From Leptolyngbya sp. BL-A-14 (GTDB lineage: Bacteria; Cyanobacteriota; Cyanobacteriia; Leptolyngbyales; Leptolyngbyaceae), in contig CP166621.1 in NCBI GenBank assembly GCA_041937185.1, forward strand, positions 2,324,571-2,388,570: 64,000 bases of DNA, written 5' to 3'. Both the position numbers and the translations under genes were made by a program. Of this stretch, positions 40,770 through 50,882 are shown piece by piece; within the stretch, counting starts at the first letter, position 1; each line of letters starts with the position of its first letter. A model generated the notes under the pieces. That model made no database searches, was not told the origin of the DNA, and saw only the letters and a program-made list of their open reading frames with translations.

Positions 40770-41075
40770 TTACGATCGTCGTTTCAGCACTTGTTCAATG
40801 GCCACTTCAAGCTGTTCTTGCGATAGAAGCGTCAAAATGAACACTTCCTGCACCGTTTTCCCTTGCCGAGCAATCACTTTGAACCCACCTCGAATGGGAA
40901 CCGAAATTTTCAGCACCATTTTAGGCGCATGGGAACGAACAGGGCCAATGACACCTGGTGTAATCGTTTGAATGCCGACTTGATGAGTCAAGCGCTCTAG
41001 TAGTGGAATCAGACCTGGAAGATGAGTGGAATGGTTAAGAACAAGCCTGCCACTGGGAGAGTTACTCATGCGCAA
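40770..41075 (-). CDS. hypothetical protein
   Basis: 101-aa ORF ending 3 nt before the GNAT gene start; no recognisable motif. Confidence 0.35.
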   Translation of the reverse strand: MRMSNSPSGRLVLNHSTHLPGLIPLLERLTHQVGIQTITPGVIGPVRSHAPKMVLKISVPIRGGFKVIARQGKTVQEVFILTLLSQEQLEVAIEQVLKRRS

Positions 41076-41163
41076 AAAAGGCGAGATGAAAGGATTGTAG
41101 CCTGTAGCGTTGGCATGTGCTTAAACAGCATCCACTGCCTAAATTGCGCTGCTATCGTCAGGG

Positions 41164-41490
41164 CTAAGCAGCTTCTAAAGGGGCCATGGTTAAGCCTTCC
41201 ATGCCAAGCTGCATATGGTAAAGCTCTGCTTGTTCTTGAGGCCCCACCCAGACGATCGCCTGCCCCTCGTAGTGAATTTGGTTGGTGAGTTCGGAGGCGC
41301 GATCGAGGGTCATACCTGGAATATGCTCTAGCAAGCTCTCTGTAACGTGCTGAAAAGTGTTGAAATCATCGTTAAGCACAATGATCTTGAAGTTGGGATA
41401 ATGCTGGCGGGTCACTTGGCTAGACCGCGAAGGAGCTACCGTTGGTGCAGCAGTTGAGGCAGAGGAAACCAGCGGAAGTGTCGTTGTCAT
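41164..41490 (-). CDS. clpS: ATP-dependent Clp protease adaptor ClpS
   Basis: …YPNFKIIVLNDDFNTFQHVTESL… is a classic ClpS core. Confidence 0.85.
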   Translation of the reverse strand: MTTTLPLVSSASTAAPTVAPSRSSQVTRQHYPNFKIIVLNDDFNTFQHVTESLLEHIPGMTLDRASELTNQIHYEGQAIVWVGPQEQAELYHMQLGMEGLTMAPLEAA

Positions 41491-41599
41491 AGAAATTCAC
41501 CAAAAAAGCACTAGTCGATAGACGTTGGTTAGTCACTTATCGTAACTCACTCACTTTCAGCAGTGTAGAAGATTAAGCAGCCATCAAAAGCAAAAAGCC

Positions 41600-41637
41600 G
41601 ACGAGAAGGGAACAGCCTTCTTAGTCTCCTTTTTTAT
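41600..41637 (+). terminator. intrinsic-terminator-like hairpin plus T-run (also T-rich on the opposite strand); no annotated gene upstream on the + strand
   Basis: gacgagaagg gaacag ccttcttagtc followed by tcc tttttatt. Confidence 0.45.
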
Positions 41638-42421
41638 TAAGGCAACTGAAACATTCGATCGAGGCTTCTTCTTGCATAGAACGCCTGTCCATAATCTAAA
41701 AAATGGTTCTTTATCTATTGATACGGCGGCATACGTCTAAACAAGTTTTAATATATTTAGTTGACCTACCAAAGTAGTGTATTGATATGGAGTCATAAGC
41801 TTTTACTTTGCTGTTCACTCTGCACTGAACCAATGTAAAAATGGGTTAACTAAAAGTGGTTTAACTGGTCTTTTAACGTCACGTATCGTCCTTGAGACGA
41901 TACGTGACGAAATTACTAGACAAAACCACTTGTAGAGTCAATAAAATCTTACTTTAGGAAGATTTGGTGGTTCGATAGGACTCTACCGGAGGTATAGTCG
42001 CACCGCTCACAATCCTGAGACAGTAAGAGTTGGGTTGACTAAACATGTTTGAGACGACAGTGCTTGAAAAGCAAAGTGTAGCAGGGCTACTCTAATGCTG
42101 ACCGATGGTCAAAACGGCTTTATCATCGTCAGCGATCTGAACTTTATTCCTGTCTGCTCAACTCGATTGATAACGCTATAGCAATAAGAAGGCTGTCTTT
42201 ATATCAGTCCTTTTGCGTTTTTAAGCTGCAAGTGAGTTGGCTTTTTTAGAGTAGCGAATTACAGCAATACGCTGCTCATTGCTTGTAAGTTTGGTGCCAT
42301 GAATTCATTACACCAATTACAGCAGGCATCACGCTGAGAATCATTGCAGATGCATAAGCATTCTGGTGAATCTTGAGCAATGTTTTGTTTGAGCATTTAA
42401 CATTTTGTGTGAGGTTTTAAC

Positions 42422-44215
42422 GTGAAATACTTAGTTAAAAACATGGGGCGTTCGTTGATCTTCGTAAGTCCTGTCCTGTTAGCCATTGAGCTGATAGGCA
42501 TCTTACCGGCGATCGCGGTTCCGTCATCATCTGCGATGACAGAATCTCGTTCAACAGAGTCTCCGTCAAATGCCTTGCCCCAGCGTCAATTCAACTCCTT
42601 AACCAGTCAAGCTGCCGTTCCGTCATTCAGTCAAGCAACCACTCCGCAACGCCTCGCCCAGACTTCTGCACCTAAAAGCCTAGCCACTTCAGACTTGGCG
42701 GATGGCGATCCCATGGATCAGGTAACATCCATCTCCCAACTAACGGACGTAAAACCAACAGATTGGGCTTTTCAGGCGCTACAGTCGATGGTGGAACGAT
42801 ATGGCTGCCTCGTGGGTTATCCCGATCGTACCTATCGCGGTAACCGCGCCCTGAGCCGCTATGAGTTTGCAGCGGGGTTAAGCGCCTGTATGGATCGAGT
42901 CAATGAACTCATCAATGCGGGGACGGCGGATCTCGTCAAACGAGAAGACGTGCTGACATTACAACGATTGCAAGAAGAATTTGCGACTGAGTTGGCAACG
43001 GTGCGAGGACGGGTCGGTGAACTAGAGGCCCGATCGGCAACATTGGAGAAGCAACAGTTCTCGACCACTATCAAGCTTGTGGGCCAACTGATTACAAGCG
43101 TGAGTGATACCTTTGGCAATCGTGTGGGTGGTCGCTCAGATCAATCGCAAACCTATTTTGCTGATCGCGCCCGACTGAATCTAGAAGGGAGCTTCACAGG
43201 CAGAGATTTTCTGCGTGTGCGGTTGGAGTTTGGCAACTTTTTGCGATCGGATTTCTCCAGCGCGATTGCATCCGTTACTGGCACAAACAATACGCGGTTG
43301 AACTTTGATACCGATACAGGCAATCGACTTGCGATCCCGCATTTGCTCTATCGCTTTCCCGTGGGAGACAGTGTTTCGATTACGGTAGGCCCAACCGGTG
43401 TTGGCTTTACGGATATTACGAGTACCATCACCCCCCCTTCGATCGCAGATGACGGTATGGGCATTCCTTCTGTATTTGGGGAATATAGCCCCTTCTATCG
43501 TCAAGGTGGCGGTGGTGGTGCCATTAACTGGAATATTACGAACGATTTGGTGCTGACAGTCGGCTACCTGGCTATAGATGCCAATGTCCCTAACAGTAAA
43601 AACGGGCTTTTTAATGGTGGCTACAGCGCGATGGCGCAACTTGCTTACACGGGCAATTGGGGGGGGATCGGTGTCAGCTATGCTCACCTCTACAATCGGG
43701 CAGGGAGGATTGGTCTTAGCGGCGGTGCCGGTAGCTTTCTAGCCGAGCAACCCTTTGGTGACGGCATTGCTACCAGCGGCGACTCGTTTGGGCTGTCAGG
43801 TTTTTATAAAGCGGCGCGCCATTTCAACATTCATGGATGGGGTGGCTATATCAAGGCGTCCGCTGAAAATTCTGCCTTTAGCAATGTTTCCAACGGTCGC
43901 GGCGGCACCAATACGTTTTTTGTAAGTGACAATGCGAATGCCGATATTTTCTATGGTGCGCTTGGCCTCACCTTTCCAGATGTAGGCGGAACAGGCAACC
44001 TACCAGGAATTTTGGTCGGTATTCCACCCAAAGTGACCAGTGGCAGTGTTCGCAGCGATCGCAGCACACCAGTTCACGTGGAAGCGTTCTATCGCTGGCA
44101 AATTACCGATAACATCGGTATCACACCTGGTTTTTGGGTCATCTTCAATCCTGAGAATGATAGTCGGAATGATACTCAGTTTGTAGGGGTTCTACGCACC
44201 TATTTCAGCTTTTGA
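42422..44215 (+). CDS. SLH-domain / OprB-type outer-membrane porin (cyanobacterial Som-like)
   Basis: Signal peptide, N-terminal SLH motif (…GYPDRTYRGNRALSRYEFAAGL…), coiled-coil linker, Gly/aromatic-rich beta-barrel ending in F. Confidence 0.85.
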   Translation: MKYLVKNMGRSLIFVSPVLLAIELIGILPAIAVPSSSAMTESRSTESPSNALPQRQFNSLTSQAAVPSFSQATTPQRLAQTSAPKSLATSDLADGDPMDQVTSISQLTDVKPTDWAFQALQSMVERYGCLVGYPDRTYRGNRALSRYEFAAGLSACMDRVNELINAGTADLVKREDVLTLQRLQEEFATELATVRGRVGELEARSATLEKQQFSTTIKLVGQLITSVSDTFGNRVGGRSDQSQTYFADRARLNLEGSFTGRDFLRVRLEFGNFLRSDFSSAIASVTGTNNTRLNFDTDTGNRLAIPHLLYRFPVGDSVSITVGPTGVGFTDITSTITPPSIADDGMGIPSVFGEYSPFYRQGGGGGAINWNITNDLVLTVGYLAIDANVPNSKNGLFNGGYSAMAQLAYTGNWGGIGVSYAHLYNRAGRIGLSGGAGSFLAEQPFGDGIATSGDSFGLSGFYKAARHFNIHGWGGYIKASAENSAFSNVSNGRGGTNTFFVSDNANADIFYGALGLTFPDVGGTGNLPGILVGIPPKVTSGSVRSDRSTPVHVEAFYRWQITDNIGITPGFWVIFNPENDSRNDTQFVGVLRTYFSF

Positions 44216-44244
44216 TATCTCTGAGTACGATCGCTGGATGATAC

Positions 44245-45966
44245 TTAACTCAATCGAAGTGAGCACACAACTGCAAGCACTCCGACTCCTAACAGCACGG
44301 GGATGAGCCAATCGCCCCAGCGCACGTAGAGTGTTTGAGTTTGGCGACGGAAAATGGTGCCGACATGAGTTTGATACTGGTTTGGTTGCGATCGCCACTC
44401 GATGTTGCCGTGGGGAGTCACAATGCCGGAATAGCCTGTATTGGTTGCACGCACTGCCCAACGATCGGTTTCAATGGCTCGCATAATATCCTGTGCCTGA
44501 TGCTGTGCCATCAGCACTTCGCTGTACGGATCTAAATTCGATGCGGTAAGAATAAACTGCCCGCCTGCTGCAGCTTGTGACCGAAACACTTCAGGAAACG
44601 CAGAATCGTAGCAAATGCTGGCGATCGCTCGTCCAAACGGTGTTTCAAACTCCTGATGCAAGCCTCCTGGCGACCCGTTTTCAGAAATTGGGGAGAGAAT
44701 GTTGATGATGCCGCCTAAAGCCCTTTGAAAGGGAATGTATTCGCCTAAGGGCACGAGCTTAATCTTGTTGTACCGGCTGACAGTCGCACCATCACTCGCG
44801 ATCGTCAGCAAGCTGCGAGCGATGCCATCCTCCTGTGAAGTAAACGTTCCCAGCCAAAGCACAATGCCTTTTTTCTGTACCGCTTGATAGAGAGGGCTGC
44901 GGAGCTTAGTGGGTTCATTCCACAAGATGGGTAGCGCTCCCTCTGGCGTCAGCACGGCTTCTACACCCTGATCCGCCAGAGCTTCATAGCCTTGGGTATA
45001 GCCGTCGGTTGCTCTCTGAATACCCTCGCTTCCTAACTTGATGCGCGTCGGAATATTCCCTTGCACAATGCCAACTTTGAGAGCCGCCCCACTATTCGAG
45101 GTTAGCGGTTGGGCGTAAAGGGCGTATCCCACCCCATGCACTACAAGGAAGAAAACGGCCGCAAAAGCCAGTAGAGCCGCAGGTCTAAACGGTATAGCGG
45201 CTGATGATTGTAGTGCGCTGCCGCCGTGCGATCGACTGAGCACCCACTGACGATAGCTCATCCAGGCTTCTGCCAGTAGCCCATTAACCGCGACGATCGC
45301 CGCCGTCACACCTGATGTGCCGGAGAGTTGTCCAATGTGAAGTACAGCTAAATTGCCTGGACTTTGAGTGTAAGCCAGGACTGTCCAATCAAGCGGCCCT
45401 AAGCTCCAAAGCCATTCCAGACTGCACCAGAGTGCAACACCTGATAAGACTCGACGGGTTATAGACCAGAGAGATTGGGGTTGCGTCCTATTGCTTAAGC
45501 GCTCAATGCTGTGCATCAGCCAGGCCCAAAGTGCAACAAGTGCCGCTCCCCAGGCGGTGATAAACCCCCAACAAAAGAACACGATCGCCACACTCGCCAA
45601 CCACGGAATGCCCAGCCAGGTCAGAGGATGCAAGCCTCTAATCCAGGAAAGCGCTAACCCGTGATAGCCGATCCCCCAGGCAATGCTGAGACCAACGGCA
45701 ACCAGTGAACGGCTACCCAACGCTTGCGAACGCTCTTGCTTGAGGGAATGATTTTTGAAAGCGCCGGACTCAAACAGCAGCACCCACAACGGGACTAACG
45801 CTACCCAGGCCAGCGGAAACAGGTTGAGTGGAGCAGGTGCCAAGCCCATGAGCAAACCGCTGATGATGGCGATCGTCACAGCCCGCAATCGGCTTGAACG
45901 CAAGGAACGGCTGCCCTGCAAGAAGTGCCCTAATTTGGTCATGCTACCGCCACGTTCATTTGCCAC
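44245..45966 (-). CDS. lnt: apolipoprotein N-acyltransferase
   Basis: N-terminal multi-TM region plus C-terminal CN-hydrolase domain; ATG alternative at 45942. Confidence 0.85.
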   Translation of the reverse strand: MANERGGSMTKLGHFLQGSRSLRSSRLRAVTIAIISGLLMGLAPAPLNLFPLAWVALVPLWVLLFESGAFKNHSLKQERSQALGSRSLVAVGLSIAWGIGYHGLALSWIRGLHPLTWLGIPWLASVAIVFFCWGFITAWGAALVALWAWLMHSIERLSNRTQPQSLWSITRRVLSGVALWCSLEWLWSLGPLDWTVLAYTQSPGNLAVLHIGQLSGTSGVTAAIVAVNGLLAEAWMSYRQWVLSRSHGGSALQSSAAIPFRPAALLAFAAVFFLVVHGVGYALYAQPLTSNSGAALKVGIVQGNIPTRIKLGSEGIQRATDGYTQGYEALADQGVEAVLTPEGALPILWNEPTKLRSPLYQAVQKKGIVLWLGTFTSQEDGIARSLLTIASDGATVSRYNKIKLVPLGEYIPFQRALGGIINILSPISENGSPGGLHQEFETPFGRAIASICYDSAFPEVFRSQAAAGGQFILTASNLDPYSEVLMAQHQAQDIMRAIETDRWAVRATNTGYSGIVTPHGNIEWRSQPNQYQTHVGTIFRRQTQTLYVRWGDWLIPVLLGVGVLAVVCSLRLS

Positions 45967-46145
45967 CTTCCTTTCCCTTTCACCTCACTCCTCCTGCAAG
46001 AAGTTAATTCTTCTAAAAATCGCTACAGGCATCGTCCCCACCATACCAAGCCACCGAAATTTCGCGATCGATTGCAGCCGATACCGTGTTTATCTAGAAT
46101 GAATGCCCTAGAATAGAAAAGCTGTCAAAATAACCATCCACCGTC

Positions 46146-46325
46146 ATGGCTGTTCCAAAGAAGAAGACTTCCAGTTCCAAGCGCGATCAACGCAAAGCAA
46201 CTTGGAAGCGGAAGGCAAATCTGCAAGCGCAACGAGCACTGTCGCTCGGCAAATCGATCCTGACTGGACGCGCTGAGGGCTTTATTTACCCGCAAGCTGA
46301 TGCGGAAGAAGACGAAGAGTCGTAA
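46146..46325 (+). CDS. rpmF: 50S ribosomal protein L32
   Basis: 59-aa [26 protein letters not shown]…, below the track's 60-aa cutoff. Confidence 0.85.
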   Translation: MAVPKKKTSSSKRDQRKATWKRKANLQAQRALSLGKSILTGRAEGFIYPQADAEEDEES

Positions 46326-46349
46326 CCCACCCCTACCCAACAACACACC

Positions 46350-46940
46350 ATGCTGGGAAAGTTTTTTCAGAAACCAGATCCGGAGTTGCAAGATCGCGTC
46401 CCACCAGGGCAGCATCTAGCAAAAGGCTTTCCCGTTTTGACGTATGGCGATACCCCGATCGTTAATGTAGAAAGCTGGCAGCTTCGGGTATGGGGGTTGG
46501 CAAAGGAAGCCACCTTTAGCTGGAGCGACATCATGGCGATGCCGCAGAGCAACTTTACGGCCGATTTTCATTGCGTTACAACCTGGTCAAAATTGGATGT
46601 GCAGTGGACAGGCGTCAAAGTGGCTGATTTCATGCGTCATGTGGAGCTTGATCCCAAAGCAGTGCATTTGATGGAGCATTGTTACGGTGGCTACACCACG
46701 AACCTTGCGATCGATGATTTTCTGCGCGAGGAAAACTTTTTTGCTCACACGCTGTTTGGTGAGCCGCTCCCGGCTGAGCATGGCGGCCCTTTGAGACTGG
46801 TCGTCCCCCATCTGTATGCCTGGAAAAGCGCGAAGTGGCTCAATGGCCTAGAGTTTCTCGATCACGAAGCGCTGGGCTTCTGGGAACGAAACGGTTACCA
46901 CCGCCGCGGCGAGCCCTGGGCAGAGGAACGCTACAGCTGA
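46350..46940 (+). CDS. sulfite-oxidase-like molybdopterin-binding oxidoreductase
   Basis: 196 aa; oxidoreductase molybdopterin-binding fold motifs …HCVTTWS…, …GGPLRLVVP…. Confidence 0.75.
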   Translation: MLGKFFQKPDPELQDRVPPGQHLAKGFPVLTYGDTPIVNVESWQLRVWGLAKEATFSWSDIMAMPQSNFTADFHCVTTWSKLDVQWTGVKVADFMRHVELDPKAVHLMEHCYGGYTTNLAIDDFLREENFFAHTLFGEPLPAEHGGPLRLVVPHLYAWKSAKWLNGLEFLDHEALGFWERNGYHRRGEPWAEERYS

Positions 46941-46981
46941 CGCTAAGGCAAAAAAGCGTCAGCCTTAACTACTTTATGCAC

Positions 46982-48142
46982 TTACGCTTGTAGCGGCAAG
47001 TAAACGGTAAACACGCTGCCTTTGCCAACGTCTGACTTGACGGTAATCTGGCCCTGGTGCGCTTCGACAATTTGACGTGAAAGGTGAAGACCTAAACCGC
47101 TGCCAGAGCGCCGATGACTGCCTGTGATAAAACTTTCAAAAAGTTTGGGCTGATCGGCGATCGGAATACCAGGCCCCGTATCTTCAATCTCTAGCACCAT
47201 CATCGCGCGCGTTGGGTTCGTTTGGTCAACGCTCAGCCGCGCTGTAATCGAACCATTGTCTGTAAATTTGAGCGCGTTGCCAAGCAGGTTGGTAATCACA
47301 CGCCGTAGCTCGATGCGATCGCCCGTTACAGTCCCTGACGACTGATTCACCTGAAGCGCTGTCTGGTCTAGCGTTAGCGTCAGGTGCTTTTCGATCGCCA
47401 GCGACTGTAGTTCAGCAATGACCGTTTCTACAAGCTCCGGCAAGTTGACTGCCGTAAAGTTAAGCGTTTTACGTCCGGCTTCGTAGCGGTAGACCTCCAG
47501 CAGCAAATTAACCATCGTGAGCAAATTCTGGTTGCTGCGAATCATTGTGCTAATGGCTTCGCCCATTGCTGGTGGCGGCTCACCCAATGCGCCCTGTTGA
47601 AACAGCGTCAACATGCGGTCTGCGGCAACCAGTGGCGTGCGTAAGTCATGCGTCAGACGAGAGACAAAATCTTCCCGCTGACGTGCAATCAGATCCCGTT
47701 CATCAACGCTGTGTTTCAGGCGCAGCAACGATCGCACCCGTGCCACTAACTCATCAAATTCAATCGGCTTGCGAATAAATTCATCTGCCCCCATATCAAG
47801 CCCGCGCACAACACTGGGTTGATCGTGGGCTGTAATTAATAAGATTGGTAGAAACGGCAATCCTTTGTTGTGGCGAATGCGACGTGTTACTTCATACCCA
47901 TCCATGTTGGGCATCATCACATCTAGCAGCAGCAAATCAGGCGGATTGGCCTCAATGTAGCTCAGTGCTTCGCGGCCGCTATTAGCAATATCAATGTGAT
48001 ATCCTTCCTGCTGCAATAGGGTTTGAATTAAAAAGCAGTTGTCGGGTAAATCGTCCACAACCAGGATGCGATCGACTCTATTAGGTCGAGTCAAGGGCGA
48101 CTGGCTCATATTAATTGGCTGGGGCGAAAGGGACGGACTCAT
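46982..48142 (-). CDS. response regulator receiver-histidine kinase hybrid protein
   Basis: N-terminal REC (…VVDDLPDN…LDVMMPNMDGY…) followed by H-box (LTHDLRTPL) and HATPase_c. Confidence 0.8.
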   Translation of the reverse strand: MSPSLSPQPINMSQSPLTRPNRVDRILVVDDLPDNCFLIQTLLQQEGYHIDIANSGREALSYIEANPPDLLLLDVMMPNMDGYEVTRRIRHNKGLPFLPILLITAHDQPSVVRGLDMGADEFIRKPIEFDELVARVRSLLRLKHSVDERDLIARQREDFVSRLTHDLRTPLVAADRMLTLFQQGALGEPPPAMGEAISTMIRSNQNLLTMVNLLLEVYRYEAGRKTLNFTAVNLPELVETVIAELQSLAIEKHLTLTLDQTALQVNQSSGTVTGDRIELRRVITNLLGNALKFTDNGSITARLSVDQTNPTRAMMVLEIEDTGPGIPIADQPKLFESFITGSHRRSGSGLGLHLSRQIVEAHQGQITVKSDVGKGSVFTVYLPLQA

Positions 48143-48487
48143 TGGTGCAATACAAAACTGTGGTCAAAAACAAATAAATTTCTAGCTGAAAATTTGACAC
48201 CAGAAAGCTGAGATCGATCGCGATCACCATTAAGTTTTATTAAACGATCAGACGCAGTCTCAATGTGCAATTTTATACGTCACCACTATCTTGTGCTTCT
48301 TTCTTAAGAGAGATTTCCCGATCTTTACGACCCTGTCAATGGGCTGAATTCCGCCATAAGCATCTGTTGGTCAATCAAAAATCCCGTTAAGATAGGTAGA
48401 CTGACTAAATGCAAATCAAAGCATTCGCTTGGCGCATGCTCCAGCTTGTGCCTGTGCCGGATTTAATGCCTGCTTTAACTGAGCGGT

Positions 48488-48997
48488 TTGGTGGTGAATG
48501 AAACAAACATTAGACATGAGGTAGCGCTTACGGAGACAGAGAACGATGGCGACTGCTTTTATTCCAGCGCTGACATAGCATCGTTTCCAAACCTTCAGAC
48601 AATTTTGCCCACGGTCCCCTTACCAAAGGGAGACATGCAGCAACTCACCCCTGCCGCTCTAGCGTATTTGGGAGACGCTGTTTACGAGCTCTATGTGCGT
48701 CGCTTTTACCTGCTCCCTCCCAAACGGCTTCAGTCTTACCACGGTCAGGTTGTGGCACAAGTAAGGGCAGAGCGTCAGGCTGAGCATCTGCGATCGCTCA
48801 TCCCATTTTTGACGGTTTCGGAGGTGGAGCTTGTCAAGCGGGGGCGTAATGCGGCAACTGGACACCCCAAACGCATTGATCCCAGCATTTATCAGCAAGC
48901 AACCAGTCTGGAAACGCTGATTGGCTATCTCTATCTTACGAATCCTCAGCGGTTGGCACAATTGCTGGCACACCTAGAACTCGACTCGCCTACCTAG
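48488..48997 (+). CDS. mrnC: Mini-ribonuclease 3 (Mini-III)
   Basis: RNase III catalytic signature …LAYLGDAVYELYVR… in a short protein with no dsRBD. Confidence 0.8.
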   Translation: MVVNETNIRHEVALTETENDGDCFYSSADIASFPNLQTILPTVPLPKGDMQQLTPAALAYLGDAVYELYVRRFYLLPPKRLQSYHGQVVAQVRAERQAEHLRSLIPFLTVSEVELVKRGRNAATGHPKRIDPSIYQQATSLETLIGYLYLTNPQRLAQLLAHLELDSPT

Positions 48998-49079
48998 CGA
49001 CATAGCGTTCCCCACCGGTTCTTCCTGAGTTTATAGACTCAGAAATTTCGGACTTTTATCCGCCTACTTCCGTAACATC

Positions 49080-50420
49080 ATGGCTGCCAAAAAATATCAC
49101 GATGATCCTCAGGAGCGCTCATTGCCGAGCCGCTCTGCTAAAGCCCGCATTAAACCAGCCGCATCAAAAGGGCGATCCCAACCGTTAAAAGCTGGCAAGC
49201 CAAGGCTGTCACGCGAAGCAAGTACGGATGATTTTCACGTGGATAAACCGCGCCCAGCCCGTAGAGCAAAGGCTGACGGTAGAGCGTCTGAATTTAAATC
49301 TGACCGGGATACCTCTAGACCCCGGATCAGAAGAGGTACGAGCGATCGACCTAACCGCGATCGACCTATAAGAAGTAATGGCGATCAACCCACCGATGAT
49401 CGGCCTATGGGCACCCCGCATGCCTCCCGTGAACCAAGAACCGATTGGAAACCCGATCGCGCCCGTCCCTCTCGCGATGGCGATTCGGTGCAGCCAAGAC
49501 GGCGCTCAGGGCACTCCTCCCGACACGAAGGTTCATCTCATTCGCGCGGCCAGCGCTCCTTGCCACCCGTAGCATCAAGACCACCGGCTGATGCAGGGTC
49601 TGATCCCGCGAATGCAGTACCCACGTCTTTTGAAGAAGCTGATTTAATCTACGGTCGTCATCCTGTTTTGGCAGCATTGGAGAGTCAGCGATCGCTCAAC
49701 CGCATCTGGATTACCGCCAAGCTCCGCTACGATCACCGCTTTCACGATTTGCTGGGTCAGGCAAAAGCCAATGGCACCGTCATTGATGAAGTGGAGCCAC
49801 AGCGGCTCGACCAATTGACCTTTCGGGCGAATCACCAGGGTGTGGTGGCTCAAGTCGCACCGCATGAGTACATGGAGCTAGCAGATTTGATCGAGCAGGC
49901 CAAAGCGGCTTCTGATCAACCGGTGTTAGTCGTGGCGGACAGCATTACTGATCCCCATAATTTGGGAGCCATCATCCGTAGTGCCGAAGCGCTTGGAGCA
50001 CAGGGTTTGGTGATCCCGCAACGCAGAGCCGTTGGGGTTACCTCTACCGTTGTCAAAGTTGCTGCCGGAGCACTGGAGACCTTCTCCGTCGCGCGCGTGG
50101 TTAACCTGGGCCGTGCATTAGAAGAACTTAAGAGCGCTGGTTTTTGGATTTACGGCACCGCTAGCAACGGCAGTCAGGCACTGCATACCGTCCAGTTTTC
50201 GGGCCCTGTCGTACTGGTCGTAGGAGCAGAAGGGGATGGGCTCAGTATGCTGACCCAACGCGCTTGCGATAGCCTGGTTTCCATACCCTTGGCCGGGCAT
50301 ACACCCAGCTTAAATGCGTCTGTAGCAACAGGTATGGCGCTGTATGAAATCTTCCGTCAACGGTGGTCGAACACCTTACATCTGGATAAGGTGGAGAAGG
50401 CCGTGCGGTTGAAAAAGTAA
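49080..50420 (+). CDS. rlmB: 23S rRNA (guanosine-2'-O)-methyltransferase RlmB (SpoU/TrmH family) with a long Arg/Asp/Pro-rich N-terminal extension
   Basis: C-terminal SpoU methylase motifs (…[16 protein letters not shown]…, …[11 protein letters not shown]…); the N-terminal 190 aa are low-complexity. Confidence 0.85.
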   Translation: MAAKKYHDDPQERSLPSRSAKARIKPAASKGRSQPLKAGKPRLSREASTDDFHVDKPRPARRAKADGRASEFKSDRDTSRPRIRRGTSDRPNRDRPIRSNGDQPTDDRPMGTPHASREPRTDWKPDRARPSRDGDSVQPRRRSGHSSRHEGSSHSRGQRSLPPVASRPPADAGSDPANAVPTSFEEADLIYGRHPVLAALESQRSLNRIWITAKLRYDHRFHDLLGQAKANGTVIDEVEPQRLDQLTFRANHQGVVAQVAPHEYMELADLIEQAKAASDQPVLVVADSITDPHNLGAIIRSAEALGAQGLVIPQRRAVGVTSTVVKVAAGALETFSVARVVNLGRALEELKSAGFWIYGTASNGSQALHTVQFSGPVVLVVGAEGDGLSMLTQRACDSLVSIPLAGHTPSLNASVATGMALYEIFRQRWSNTLHLDKVEKAVRLKK

Positions 50421-50521
50421 GCTATAGGTAGTATACAAAGTGTAAAGAACACGTCGCGACAACAGTGATTGATGCCGCGACATTCTTTTGATAAACCACT
50501 GTCAAATCAGCAGAGACCTGA

Positions 50522-50806
50522 ATGAAAGACCTTTTGACAAATCTATTCAATTTGTTAGGGCTCGCTTGGTGGGTTGAAGTTGTTACGGAAACACCTGCGT
50601 GTACCTATTACTTTGGCCCGTTTCTAAGCGCAAAAGCCGCTTCTGCTTCTAGGAGTGGCTATGTGGAAGATTTAGAACAAGAGGGTGCCCAAGGGATTAA
50701 GGTAACGTTAAAACGGTTTAAACCCACTAAGCTGACGGTTGGTGATGACCTGGGGGAGAAGTCTAGCCAGGGAGTTGCGCGCACACTGCGTGGACAGTTT
50801 CAGTAA
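50522..50806 (+). CDS. DUF1816 domain protein
   Basis: …WWVEVVTETPACTYYFGPF… matches the DUF1816 core. Confidence 0.6.
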   Translation: MKDLLTNLFNLLGLAWWVEVVTETPACTYYFGPFLSAKAASASRSGYVEDLEQEGAQGIKVTLKRFKPTKLTVGDDLGEKSSQGVARTLRGQFQ

Positions 50807-50882
50807 CCTCTCTGGCTTGTGCTCTTTTAGCCGTTCTTGTCTGGCTCGTAGAGGACGATCGCGGATTTTGACGGCTCATTGC

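Noticed and set aside
46125-46415. 96-aa minus-strand ORF
   Set aside because: Overlaps the clearly recognisable rpmF (L32) gene on the opposite strand
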